Below, piece after piece: positions 28,844 to 37,654 of a DNA stretch of 64,000 nt; position 1 is the first letter of the stretch, and every line of letters starts with the position of its first letter. Origin of the DNA: Candidatus Nanopelagicales bacterium (GTDB taxonomy: Bacteria; Actinomycetota; Actinomycetes; S36-B12; UBA5976); the NCBI GenBank assembly GCA_030157865.1, contig JAOATY010000045.1:30584-94583 (forward strand), read 5' to 3'. Below the pieces are notes generated by a model, which had not been told where the DNA came from, made no database searches, and was given only the letters and a program-made list of their open reading frames with translations. The translations under genes were made by a program, and so were the position numbers.

Positions 28844-28858
28844 CAATAAGATTGCGGA

Positions 28859-29341
28859 ATGACCCTAACCACCTGCCTTTGGTTTAACGGACAAGCCCGC
28901 GAAGCCGCACAGTTTTACACCAGCATTTTCCCGAACAGCAGCATGGGAAGTAACTGGATTGCTCCCACAGAAACTCCTGGCAACGAACAAGGTGATGAGG
29001 TCTACGTAGATTTCACAATCTTTGGTCAGCCATTCATTGGCTTAAACGGTGGACCACAATTCCCCCACAGCGAAGCGATCTCTTTTCAAATTCCTTGCAA
29101 AGATCAAGACGAAATTGATCACTATTGGAACATCCTTACTGCTGATGGCGGCGAAGAAAGTATGTGCGGCTGGCTAAAGGATAAGTTCGGAGTTTCTTGG
29201 CAGGTCATCTCGCCAGAACTTGGAAAATACTTAGGCGGCGATAGCCCAGAAGGTTCCCAGGCTGCCACCCAGGCAATGCTTCAAATGAAGAAGTTGGACC
29301 TTAACGAACTTAAGCGCGCTTACGAAGCGGCAGCAAACTAA
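28859..29341 (+). CDS. VOC-superfamily / PhnB-like (3-demethylubiquinone methyltransferase-domain) protein
   Basis: 160 aa. CLWFNGQAREAAQFY and FGVSWQV motifs typical of the PhnB-like glyoxalase fold. Confidence 0.6.
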   Translation: MTLTTCLWFNGQAREAAQFYTSIFPNSSMGSNWIAPTETPGNEQGDEVYVDFTIFGQPFIGLNGGPQFPHSEAISFQIPCKDQDEIDHYWNILTADGGEESMCGWLKDKFGVSWQVISPELGKYLGGDSPEGSQAATQAMLQMKKLDLNELKRAYEAAAN

Positions 29342-30090
29342 AGCTTGCGCACAACCTTATGTTGTGCAGCTTGAGCCAACGGACGTATCACCATCAGGTC
29401 AATGTTGAAGTGGTGCGGCAACATAACGCTCCAGCGAACCGCCTCGGCAACATCGTCTGCTGTTAATGGCTCAGCAACACCTTCATAGATTTTTGCAGCA
29501 CGTTCTTTGTCGCCACCAAATCTCTTAACGGCAAACTCATCGGTCTTAACCATTCCTGGCGCTAACTCGACAACTCGAACTGGCTCACCCGCAAGTTCCA
29601 GGCGCAAAGTTTCAGCCAACGCAGCCACAGCATGCTTTGCGGCCGTGTAACTGCCGCCATTTTCATAAACGATTCGACCAGCAGTTGACCCCATTAGAAC
29701 GATCGTTCCTTCTCCGGACTTAATCAAGGCTGGAATGATCGCTTTAATGGTGCGCAATGCACCAACGACATTTACGTCATAGGCCTTAATCCAGCTTTCA
29801 ACATCTGCGTCGGCAACTGTGGTGCCATCAAAAGCTCCCCCAGCATTTGCCACCAAAACGTTTACAGTTTTGTCGGCTAGATGGGCTGCCAAAGCATCCA
29901 CGCTGGCTTGATCGGTTACATCTAATTCCCAGGCCGTAATTAGCGGGTTCTCTTTCGCTAACTCAGCGAGCATGTCCGTGCGCCTCGCGGCAGCGATGAC
30001 CTTAAAGCCTTCCTTGGCTAAGGCTCGAGCGCTGGCTGCGCCAATTCCACTACTTGCTCCGGTAATTACTGCATATCCACGATCAGTCAT
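29338..30090 (-). CDS. Short-chain dehydrogenase/reductase
   Basis: The homologous start is MTDRGYAVITGASSGIG at 30090. YTAAK catalytic motif. The ORF-track extension to 30387 is not supported. Confidence 0.85.
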   Translation of the reverse strand: MTDRGYAVITGASSGIGAASARALAKEGFKVIAAARRTDMLAELAKENPLITAWELDVTDQASVDALAAHLADKTVNVLVANAGGAFDGTTVADADVESWIKAYDVNVVGALRTIKAIIPALIKSGEGTIVLMGSTAGRIVYENGGSYTAAKHAVAALAETLRLELAGEPVRVVELAPGMVKTDEFAVKRFGGDKERAAKIYEGVAEPLTADDVAEAVRWSVMLPHHFNIDLMVIRPLAQAAQHKVVRKL

Positions 30091-30174
30091 AGTCGAATTC
30101 TCTCGCATGATGTCCGATACGTCTTGCTTACCTGCCCAATAAACTGACAAGACCAACTGATGCAAGGAGTGACC

Positions 30175-31113
30175 ATGGCCCGCAAGAGCATTGGAACCAT
30201 GATGGGTTCCCAGACAACTTCCACTTTTATCGGAATTCCGGCTGGAACTCTCAGCGATGTTTCTGGTGGATCCGTAGTCTTTGGTGCGCCTTGTGCCACG
30301 CCTTATCCATCGGTCGGTGCTTATTGCAAGGATGCGCCAGCCGCTATCCGTGGCGCGATCAGTAGCTACCAAGCAAACATTCACCACATGGATTTCGATC
30401 TAGGTGGGCCAATCTTTCCTAACGGAGTTAACGCTATTGATCTAGGCGACTTAGATTTCGATGAGTCCGATGCAGCCGGAAACCGGGAACGAATTCGCTC
30501 AACGGTTTCACAGATCGTTGCCAATGGTGGCGTACCCGTAGTTATTGGTGGCGATGACTCAATTCCGATTCCGATGATCGAAGGTTTTGCAGAACACGGC
30601 GATTACTTTGTCGTTCAAATCGATGCTCACATTGATTACCGCGACGAAGTTGGCGGCGAAAAGCTAGGCCTTTCTTCAACCATGCGTCGTGCTTTTGAAA
30701 TGGACCACATCAAAGGTTTAGTTCAAGTAGGTCAGCGAGGAATTGGTTCTGCTAGACCACAAGATTTCGAAGATGCTAAATCTCATGGCGTGAAGTTTGT
30801 ATCAGCCCGCGAAATTGCATCAGGCGGCATTCAGCAAGTAATTGACTTAATTCCCGCGGGCGCAAAAGTAATTGTGGACTTAGATTGCGATGCTTTAGAT
30901 CCATCCATCGTGCCAGGTGTAATTGGTCGCTCCCCTGGTGGTCTGACTTACTGGAACGTCGTTGACTTGTTGCACGGAATTGCAGGCAAGGCAAAGCTTT
31001 CAGGCTTTAATTTGGTTGAGTTCATGCCAGATAGCGATGTCGACGACATTGGCGCACTTAACAACGCTCGAATAATTTGCAATGTACTTGGACTAGTTGC
31101 GCGACAGAGTTAG
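30175..31113 (+). CDS. Arginase/agmatinase-family ureohydrolase (variant first metal motif)
   Basis: DAHIDY and DLDCDALDP motifs are present. The first motif reads GGDDS instead of GGDHS. The ATG at 30175 follows AAGGAG by 5 nt. Confidence 0.8.
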   Translation: MARKSIGTMMGSQTTSTFIGIPAGTLSDVSGGSVVFGAPCATPYPSVGAYCKDAPAAIRGAISSYQANIHHMDFDLGGPIFPNGVNAIDLGDLDFDESDAAGNRERIRSTVSQIVANGGVPVVIGGDDSIPIPMIEGFAEHGDYFVVQIDAHIDYRDEVGGEKLGLSSTMRRAFEMDHIKGLVQVGQRGIGSARPQDFEDAKSHGVKFVSAREIASGGIQQVIDLIPAGAKVIVDLDCDALDPSIVPGVIGRSPGGLTYWNVVDLLHGIAGKAKLSGFNLVEFMPDSDVDDIGALNNARIICNVLGLVARQS

Positions 31114-31128
31114 GCATAAACTCAAATC

Positions 31129-31836
31129 ATGAACCAGCCAGTAATTGGACTTACCTCATACTTAGAACCTGCAAAATGGGGGGCTTGGGATCAACCAGCC
31201 GCGTTGATTCCTTGGAATTACGTGAACAAGTTGCAGTCAGCTGGCGCAACGGTAGTAATCCTGCCGCCAGATGCTGACAATCACGACGCCATTTCTCGCT
31301 TGGATGGATTAGTAATGGCTGGTGGCGCTGACATCGAACCTGCTCGTTACGGTGCAGAGCATCAAGAAGGTACTGACAAGCCTCGAGTTGAACGCGACGC
31401 AAGTGAACTCGGTTTGTATCGAGCAGCTCGCGAAGCCAACCTGCCAGTATTTGGAATTTGCCGAGGCCTACAAATCATGGCTGTTGCTCATGGCGGTTCA
31501 CTTCACCAGCATTTACCCGATGTAGTTGGAAACACATTGCATCGTGATGCTCCAGGAACATTTAACAACCATGGAGCTACCTTCACTCCAGGAAGTTTGA
31601 TTGCTGACCTGGTCGGAGCAACTGAGGTAACCGTTAATTCAAGCCATCATCAAGCCGTTAACTCCCCTGGCGACCTGACTGTTACTGGTTATGCCGAAGA
31701 CGGAACTATTGAGGTTTGCGAAGATACATCTGCAGAATTCGTACTAGGTGTGCAATGGCACCCAGAATTTAGCAACGATGAAATGGTTTCCGAGAATTTA
31801 TTTAGAGCTTTTGTTAAGGCTTGCGCCAACCGCTAA
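31129..31836 (+). CDS. Gamma-glutamyl-amide hydrolase, PuuD/peptidase C26-like class I amidotransferase
   Basis: GICRGLQ nucleophile Cys and QWHPE His/Glu motif. Confidence 0.8.
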   Translation: MNQPVIGLTSYLEPAKWGAWDQPAALIPWNYVNKLQSAGATVVILPPDADNHDAISRLDGLVMAGGADIEPARYGAEHQEGTDKPRVERDASELGLYRAAREANLPVFGICRGLQIMAVAHGGSLHQHLPDVVGNTLHRDAPGTFNNHGATFTPGSLIADLVGATEVTVNSSHHQAVNSPGDLTVTGYAEDGTIEVCEDTSAEFVLGVQWHPEFSNDEMVSENLFRAFVKACANR

Positions 31837-32870
31837 CTAGCTAGCTCGCTCTTAACTGCATCAACAAAGCTATCGACATCAGCTTGTGTTGTGTCCCATG
31901 AACACATCCAACGCACCTGGTTGATCATGTGATCCCACACATAGAACTTTGCAACACTTTGTAACGGCTCAATACTGGCAGCCGGCAAAATTGGGAATAA
32001 CGCATTTGCTTGCGGTGGCTCAACGCTTACGCCAGCAATGTCCTTGATGCCTTTGTAAAGTTCTTGTGCCATGGCGTTTGAGTGCTGGGCATTCTTAAGC
32101 CATAGGTCGCCTTCAAACATTGCAACCAATTGAATCGAGATGAAGCGCATCTTGCTAGCCAATTGCATCCCAGACTTACGGACGTACTTGATTGACGGGG
32201 CAAGCTCTGGATTAAGGATCACAACGGCTTCAGCACCCATGGCACCGTTCTTGGTGCCACCAAGCGAGACCGCATCTACGCCAGCATCCGTTGTGAATGC
32301 CCGTAGTGATGTTCCCAATGAAGCAGCAGCATTTGAAATACGTGCCCCATCCAGATGGATGTACATTCCAAGGGAATGAGCATGATCTGCCAGCGCCTTA
32401 ACTTCAGCGACGGAATAAACTGTGCCGTATTCCGTTGAATTCGTAATCGATACAACCTTTGGCTGAGCCCGGTGTTCGTTGCCAAATCCCCAGGCCTGCT
32501 TGTCCACTAACTCTGGAGTTAGTTTGCCGTCAGGAGTTTCAACCTGCAGAAGCTTTAAACCAGCAACCTTTTCAGGTGCGCCACCTTCATCAACGTTGAT
32601 GTGCGCGCTCGTTGCACAAACCACGGCTTCCCATGGCTTACACATTGCCTGCAAAGTAAGTACGTTTGCACCAGTTCCGTTAAACACTGGGAATACTTCC
32701 GCTGCAGAACCAAACTGATTCTTGATTACACCGGAAAGTTGGTCGGTGTATATGTCATCGCCATAAGCAACTTGATGCCCGTCATTAACTTCTGACATCG
32801 CCTTAAGAATTTCTGGATGGATTCCGGCATAGTTATCACTTGCAAAACCGCGCCAAATACCGTTACTCAT
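31833..32870 (-). CDS. Low-specificity L-threonine aldolase-like PLP enzyme
   Basis: FASDNYAGIHPEI N-terminus and GGTKNG PLP-Lys region. Confidence 0.8.
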   Translation of the reverse strand: MSNGIWRGFASDNYAGIHPEILKAMSEVNDGHQVAYGDDIYTDQLSGVIKNQFGSAAEVFPVFNGTGANVLTLQAMCKPWEAVVCATSAHINVDEGGAPEKVAGLKLLQVETPDGKLTPELVDKQAWGFGNEHRAQPKVVSITNSTEYGTVYSVAEVKALADHAHSLGMYIHLDGARISNAAASLGTSLRAFTTDAGVDAVSLGGTKNGAMGAEAVVILNPELAPSIKYVRKSGMQLASKMRFISIQLVAMFEGDLWLKNAQHSNAMAQELYKGIKDIAGVSVEPPQANALFPILPAASIEPLQSVAKFYVWDHMINQVRWMCSWDTTQADVDSFVDAVKSELAS

Positions 32871-32909
32871 GAATAATCCTTAACTTGATGTACTTGTAAA
32901 TCTAATGAT

Positions 32910-33674
32910 TTAAAGCGGTGTTACATATGCGCCGCTGATGCCACCATCAACCAAGAAGTTAGATGCTGTCATGAACGAAGAGTCATCGCTAACTAGGAAT
33001 GCAACTGCAGCTGCCATTTCCTCTGGTTCACCGAAGCGACCCATTGGGATATGTACTAGACGACGTGCTGCGCGCTCAACATCCTTTGCAAACAATTCCT
33101 GAAGTAGCGGTGTGTTAACAGGGCCAGGCGATAGCGCGTTGACGCGAATGCCTTCGCGAGCAAACTGAACACCAAGTTCACGAGTCATTGCAAGAACGCC
33201 ACCCTTGGAAGCGGTGTAAGAAATCTGTGATGTTGCTGCAGCCATAGTTGCAACGAAGGATGCAGTGTTTACGATTGCACCCTTACCCTGGCGCTGCATG
33301 TAAGGAATTACTTCCTTGCAGCATAGGTATACCGAAGTTAGGTTAACTTCTTGAACTCGGCGCCAGGCGTCAATGCCTGTAGTCAAAATTGAATCGTCAT
33401 CTGGAGGTGAGATACCTGCGTTGTTGAATGCGATGTCGACTGAACCGTAAGTATCGAATGCAACCTTGTACATGTTTGCAACGTCATCAGCATTAGTTAC
33501 ATCAGCCTTAACAAAGATGCCGCCAACCTGGGCTGCAACTTTCTCGCCTGATACTGGATCTAGATCTGCAATAACAACTTTCGCGCCTTCTTCGGCTAGT
33601 CGAATTGCTGTTGCTTTACCAATGCCACTTGAGCCGCCGGTGATTACTGCTACGCGGTCCTGTAAACGCTTCAC
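32910..33674 (-). CDS. Short-chain dehydrogenase/reductase
   Basis: TGGSSGIG, NNAG and YTASK motifs. Confidence 0.85.
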   Translation of the reverse strand: MKRLQDRVAVITGGSSGIGKATAIRLAEEGAKVVIADLDPVSGEKVAAQVGGIFVKADVTNADDVANMYKVAFDTYGSVDIAFNNAGISPPDDDSILTTGIDAWRRVQEVNLTSVYLCCKEVIPYMQRQGKGAIVNTASFVATMAAATSQISYTASKGGVLAMTRELGVQFAREGIRVNALSPGPVNTPLLQELFAKDVERAARRLVHIPMGRFGEPEEMAAAVAFLVSDDSSFMTASNFLVDGGISGAYVTPL

Positions 33675-33722
33675 TTACTTCCTGCTTTCGGTTCACGCCT
33701 GAATTTCTCAGGCAATTTGAGT

Positions 33723-35090
33723 TTAGTCCTCAGTGCTGATGAATACATTCTTAGTTTCGGTAAATGCCTCAATGGCATTTGGACCAAGTTCTCGGCCAAT
33801 TCCTGACTTCTTGAAGCCACCAAAAGGTGTCCAGTAACGAACCGCTGAATGCGAGTTAATTGAAATAACGCCAGATTCAACGCCTCTTGCCATACGCATG
33901 GCTCGACCGACATCTCTAGTCCAAATGGATCCAGCTAAGCCATAGTCAGTTCCATTGGCCATACGAATTGCATCTGCTTCGTCATCGAACGGAATTACTA
34001 CGGCAACTGGGCCAAAGATTTCCTGGCTGTATTGAATGTCCGATTCGCTGATAGGAGCTAGAACCGTTGGCGGGAACCAGAATCCCTTACCGGTTGGCGC
34101 ATCACCTTGAAATAGAACTGGCGCACCTTCAGGTACGAACGACTGAACACGATCACGTTGCAATGCGCTAATCAGTGGACCCATGTCAACAGATTCATCC
34201 GCTGGATTTCCGGTGTGCATTTCCTTAACCACTGGCTCCATGTAAGCCAGCACTTCGTCATAAACGCTTCGCTGCACCAAGATGCGCGAACGGGCGCAGC
34301 AATCTTGACCTGAATTATCAAATACTGCGCCTGGTGCTGCCTTTGCTGCCTTTTCGATATCAGCATCAGCAAAAATAATGGTTGGGCTCTTGCCGCCAAG
34401 TTCAAGCGTCACTCGCTTTAGTTGCGAAGCACTTGCCTGCATGATGCTGGTACCAACTGCCGTTGAACCGGTAAAGCAAATCTTGCGGATTGCTGGGTGA
34501 TCAACGATGCGCTGTCCTGCAACTTTTCCAAAACCAGGAACCACGTTGAATACGTTTTCTGGAATACCTGCTTCAAGCGCTAACTCCGCTAGACGCAATG
34601 CTGTTAACGGAGTTGTTTCAGCTGGCTTCAAAACAACAGTGTTACCGGCAGCAAGTGCTGGTGCGAATCCCCAGGCTGCAACTGGCATCGGGAAGTTCCA
34701 AGGAACGATGATTCCAACTACGCCGATTGCTTCATGGAAAGTTATGTCGATGCCACCTGGTACTGGAATTTGGTGACCGTTTAAACGTTCTACGCCACCG
34801 GCCATGTAATTCAAAACATTGGCAACGTTCTGGGCTTCCCAGCGAGCATTACCAATAGTGTGGCCCGCTTCCAAAACTTCTAGCTTTGCTAATTCTTCGT
34901 TGCTCTCGGAAACTAACTGAGCAAACTTTCGCAACACATCTGCGCGGGCACCTGGTGCAAGGTCGCGCCAAGCCGGCCAGGCACTTTGCGCTTTGGCTAC
35001 AACAGAATCAATTTCGTCAGCCGATGCCATATGAACGGTCTTTACGACGTCCTCAGTTGCCGGGTTCAAAACATCAAATGTGTCGCTCAT
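33723..35090 (-). CDS. Aldehyde dehydrogenase (PuuC-like position in the cluster)
   Basis: LELGGKSP and GQDCCARSR motifs. Confidence 0.9.
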   Translation of the reverse strand: MSDTFDVLNPATEDVVKTVHMASADEIDSVVAKAQSAWPAWRDLAPGARADVLRKFAQLVSESNEELAKLEVLEAGHTIGNARWEAQNVANVLNYMAGGVERLNGHQIPVPGGIDITFHEAIGVVGIIVPWNFPMPVAAWGFAPALAAGNTVVLKPAETTPLTALRLAELALEAGIPENVFNVVPGFGKVAGQRIVDHPAIRKICFTGSTAVGTSIMQASASQLKRVTLELGGKSPTIIFADADIEKAAKAAPGAVFDNSGQDCCARSRILVQRSVYDEVLAYMEPVVKEMHTGNPADESVDMGPLISALQRDRVQSFVPEGAPVLFQGDAPTGKGFWFPPTVLAPISESDIQYSQEIFGPVAVVIPFDDEADAIRMANGTDYGLAGSIWTRDVGRAMRMARGVESGVISINSHSAVRYWTPFGGFKKSGIGRELGPNAIEAFTETKNVFISTED

Positions 35091-35291
35091 GATTCCTCTT
35101 TGACCTGTTATTGGGAAACTTCCTAGAAAGAGCGTAGTGGAGTGTCCTTAACCTGTAATTACGCCCAGACCCAAATTTGGTGAACTTTGGTAATTGGTAA
35201 ACAACCGCCAAAACACTAGATTTTTCGCACCAAATGCCGATAGATTCAAGCCAATACAGGTTACGAAACCAATCCTGATGAAGGAGATCTC

Positions 35292-36659
35292 ATGTCCTCG
35301 GTTAGTTTTCCACTTTCAATTGATGCCTTAACGAAGGACATCAAAGAAGGCCGAATCGATACCGTCATTGTGGCCATAACGGACATGCAGGGTCGCCTTC
35401 AAGGAAAGCGCCTTCACGGTGACTATTTCCTAAGTGACGTTTTGAATCACGGCACTGAAGGCTGCAACTACTTAGTTGCTGTCGACATCGACATGAACAC
35501 GGTTCAGGGTTACGACATTTCTTCCTGGGATACCGGCTACGGCGACATGGTTATGAAGATCGATCCAAAGACTATGCGCTACGTCGATTGGCACGAAGGT
35601 ACAGCTTTGGTTCTTGCTGACTTGGTTGATCATCATGACAACCCAATTCCAGAATCTCCTCGCCAAATTCTTCAGAAGCAACTTAAGCGTCTTGAAGATA
35701 TGGGAATGGTTGCCATGGTTGGCACCGAACTTGAATTCATCATGTTTGAAGACACCTACGAAGAAGCTTGGAATAAGCGTTACCACGATTTGATTCCAGT
35801 AAATCAATACAACGTTGATTACAGCATCATCGGAACTTCACGGGTCGAACCGATTCTGCGCAAGATTCGCCTTTCTATGGCAAATGCTGGCATGACCGTT
35901 GAGTCCGTAAAGGGTGAATGCAACCTCGGGCAACATGAAATTGCATTCAAGTACACCGATGCTCTTGCTACTTGCGATCACCACGTTGTCTACAAGACTG
36001 GTGCTAAGGAAATTGCAGCTCAAGAGGGCTACGCGCTAACTTTCATGGCTAAGTTCAATGAGCGCGAAGGTAACTCCTGCCACATCCACTTGTCATTCCG
36101 TGGCATTGATGGCTCCATGGTTCTTGCTGATGACAATGATCCAGATGGTCTAAGTGAGATTGGCAAGCAGTACATCGCCGGTCAGCTCGCACACATGCGC
36201 GAACTAAGCATCATGTACGCACCAACTGTTAACAGCTACAAGCGCTATGCACCAGGCAGCTTTGCCCCGACTGCAATCAAGTGGGGTCGTGACAATCGCA
36301 CCTGCTCTTACCGCCTAGTTGGACATGGTCAAAGTTTGCGCGTCGAGAACCGCGTTCCAGGTGGTGACGTCAATCCTTATCTAGCAGTTGCTGGCATGAT
36401 CGCAGCCGGTATCGACGGCATCGAAAAGAAGATGACGCTAGAGCCGCGCTTCGATGGAAATGCATACGCTCTCGAAACTGATCGCGTACCTAACACTTTG
36501 CAAATGGCTCGCGATCTATGGGCTAATAGCGCTTGGGCTAAAGAAGCATTCGGCGATCGTGTTCATAAGCACTACACGCACATGGTTGACACTGATTTGG
36601 CTCAGTTCAATAAGGCTGTAACAGACTTCGAACTAATTCGTGGCTTTGAGCGTTACTGA
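35292..36659 (+). CDS. Glutamine synthetase-like gamma-glutamyl-amine synthetase (PuuA/GlnA3/GlnA4 type)
   Basis: 455 aa, GS type-I-like fold (GTELEF.., NSCHIHLS, NRVPGGD..NPYL). Clustered with a PuuD-like hydrolase and an ALDH. Confidence 0.85.
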   Translation: MSSVSFPLSIDALTKDIKEGRIDTVIVAITDMQGRLQGKRLHGDYFLSDVLNHGTEGCNYLVAVDIDMNTVQGYDISSWDTGYGDMVMKIDPKTMRYVDWHEGTALVLADLVDHHDNPIPESPRQILQKQLKRLEDMGMVAMVGTELEFIMFEDTYEEAWNKRYHDLIPVNQYNVDYSIIGTSRVEPILRKIRLSMANAGMTVESVKGECNLGQHEIAFKYTDALATCDHHVVYKTGAKEIAAQEGYALTFMAKFNEREGNSCHIHLSFRGIDGSMVLADDNDPDGLSEIGKQYIAGQLAHMRELSIMYAPTVNSYKRYAPGSFAPTAIKWGRDNRTCSYRLVGHGQSLRVENRVPGGDVNPYLAVAGMIAAGIDGIEKKMTLEPRFDGNAYALETDRVPNTLQMARDLWANSAWAKEAFGDRVHKHYTHMVDTDLAQFNKAVTDFELIRGFERY

Positions 36660-36690
36660 TCAACTCTGATTTAACTCAAGTGCGAGTTAA

Positions 36691-37119
36691 TTAGGCTACG
36701 TTAAATCCAGCCCAAATTCGCTTGCCGTTTTCGGTTAGCTCGTAACCCCACAGGTCTGCGTATTCATCAATGATGTGCATGCCTCTGCCTGAGTCCACAG
36801 CAACATCGAGTGAACGCATTACTGGAAGTTGATTGTTGAGATCTTCTACGACCACTTTGACCATGTATTGCCATCGCTCCAGAACAACCTGAAGTTCAGT
36901 TGCTGCGTGAACAACCGAATTGGCAACTAGTTCGCTCGTTACCGCAATGGCATGATCCAGATCTATTGAGCCCTCTTTGCTCAAAAAGTCAGTGACCTGT
37001 TGCCTGGCAAGTAATACTGAGTCAGCCATTGCTGGCATGGTGAATGCCGCAATGGTGGATAGAAAATCCCCAAAATAGATCGCCAAATCCGAGGTTCCGG
37101 ATTCATTGAAGGCGCTCAT
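36691..37119 (-). CDS. HATPase_c_2 anti-sigma-factor-like ATP-binding protein (RsbW-like), orphan
   Basis: ELVANSVVHA ... V.VEDL ... GRGMHIIDEYADLWG. Confidence 0.6.
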   Translation of the reverse strand: MSAFNESGTSDLAIYFGDFLSTIAAFTMPAMADSVLLARQQVTDFLSKEGSIDLDHAIAVTSELVANSVVHAATELQVVLERWQYMVKVVVEDLNNQLPVMRSLDVAVDSGRGMHIIDEYADLWGYELTENGKRIWAGFNVA

Positions 37120-37167
37120 GGTTTTCAGTATGCCCGTTACTAGTCGAATAAAACCCAGGGTTTGGGC

Positions 37168-37644
37168 TTATTCCATGCCCTTGTCGCGACGACCGGTGGC
37201 TCGCTGGGTTTCCCGTTTGGCATCCTTCTCAGCAATCGCCTGGCGTTTGTCATAGTTCTTTCGGCCTCTAGCGATAGCTATTTCAACCTTGGCTTTACCG
37301 TCATGGAAATACAGACTTAGCGGGATCAGAGTTAAGCCGCTTTCCTTTAACTTGTTTTCGATCTTGCTGATTTCCTGACGATTTAGCAGGAGTTTGCGAG
37401 CTCTTGTGGGTGCGTGGTTTGTCCAAGAACCTTCGTTGTATTCCGGGATGTTGACTCCGCGTAACCAGATTTCGCCATTTTCAAAAAGAGCGTAACCATC
37501 AACCAGGCTGGCCCTACCAGCTCGCAATGATTTAACTTCAGTTCCGACAAGAACCAAGCCGGCTTCGTAGACATCTTCAATAGTGAAGTCGTGGCGAGCC
37601 TTACGGTTCTGGGCGATGACCTTACGACCGCGCTCTTTAACCAC
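37168..37644 (-). CDS. smpB: SsrA-binding protein
   Basis: [11 protein letters not shown] and the basic C-terminal tail. Confidence 0.95.
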   Translation of the reverse strand: MVKERGRKVIAQNRKARHDFTIEDVYEAGLVLVGTEVKSLRAGRASLVDGYALFENGEIWLRGVNIPEYNEGSWTNHAPTRARKLLLNRQEISKIENKLKESGLTLIPLSLYFHDGKAKVEIAIARGRKNYDKRQAIAEKDAKRETQRATGRRDKGME

Positions 37645-37654
37645 TTAACTCAAC

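Noticed and set aside
28427-28872. Minus-strand ORFs 28427-28648 and 28561-28872
   Set aside because: They overlap the tmRNA gene and its terminator, so they are artefacts of the structured RNA sequence.
30091-30387. N-terminal 99-aa extension of the SDR ORF 29338-30387
   Set aside because: The SDR Rossmann motif starts right after M at 30090 (MTDRGYAVITGASSGIG). The extension overlaps the divergent arginase-family gene.
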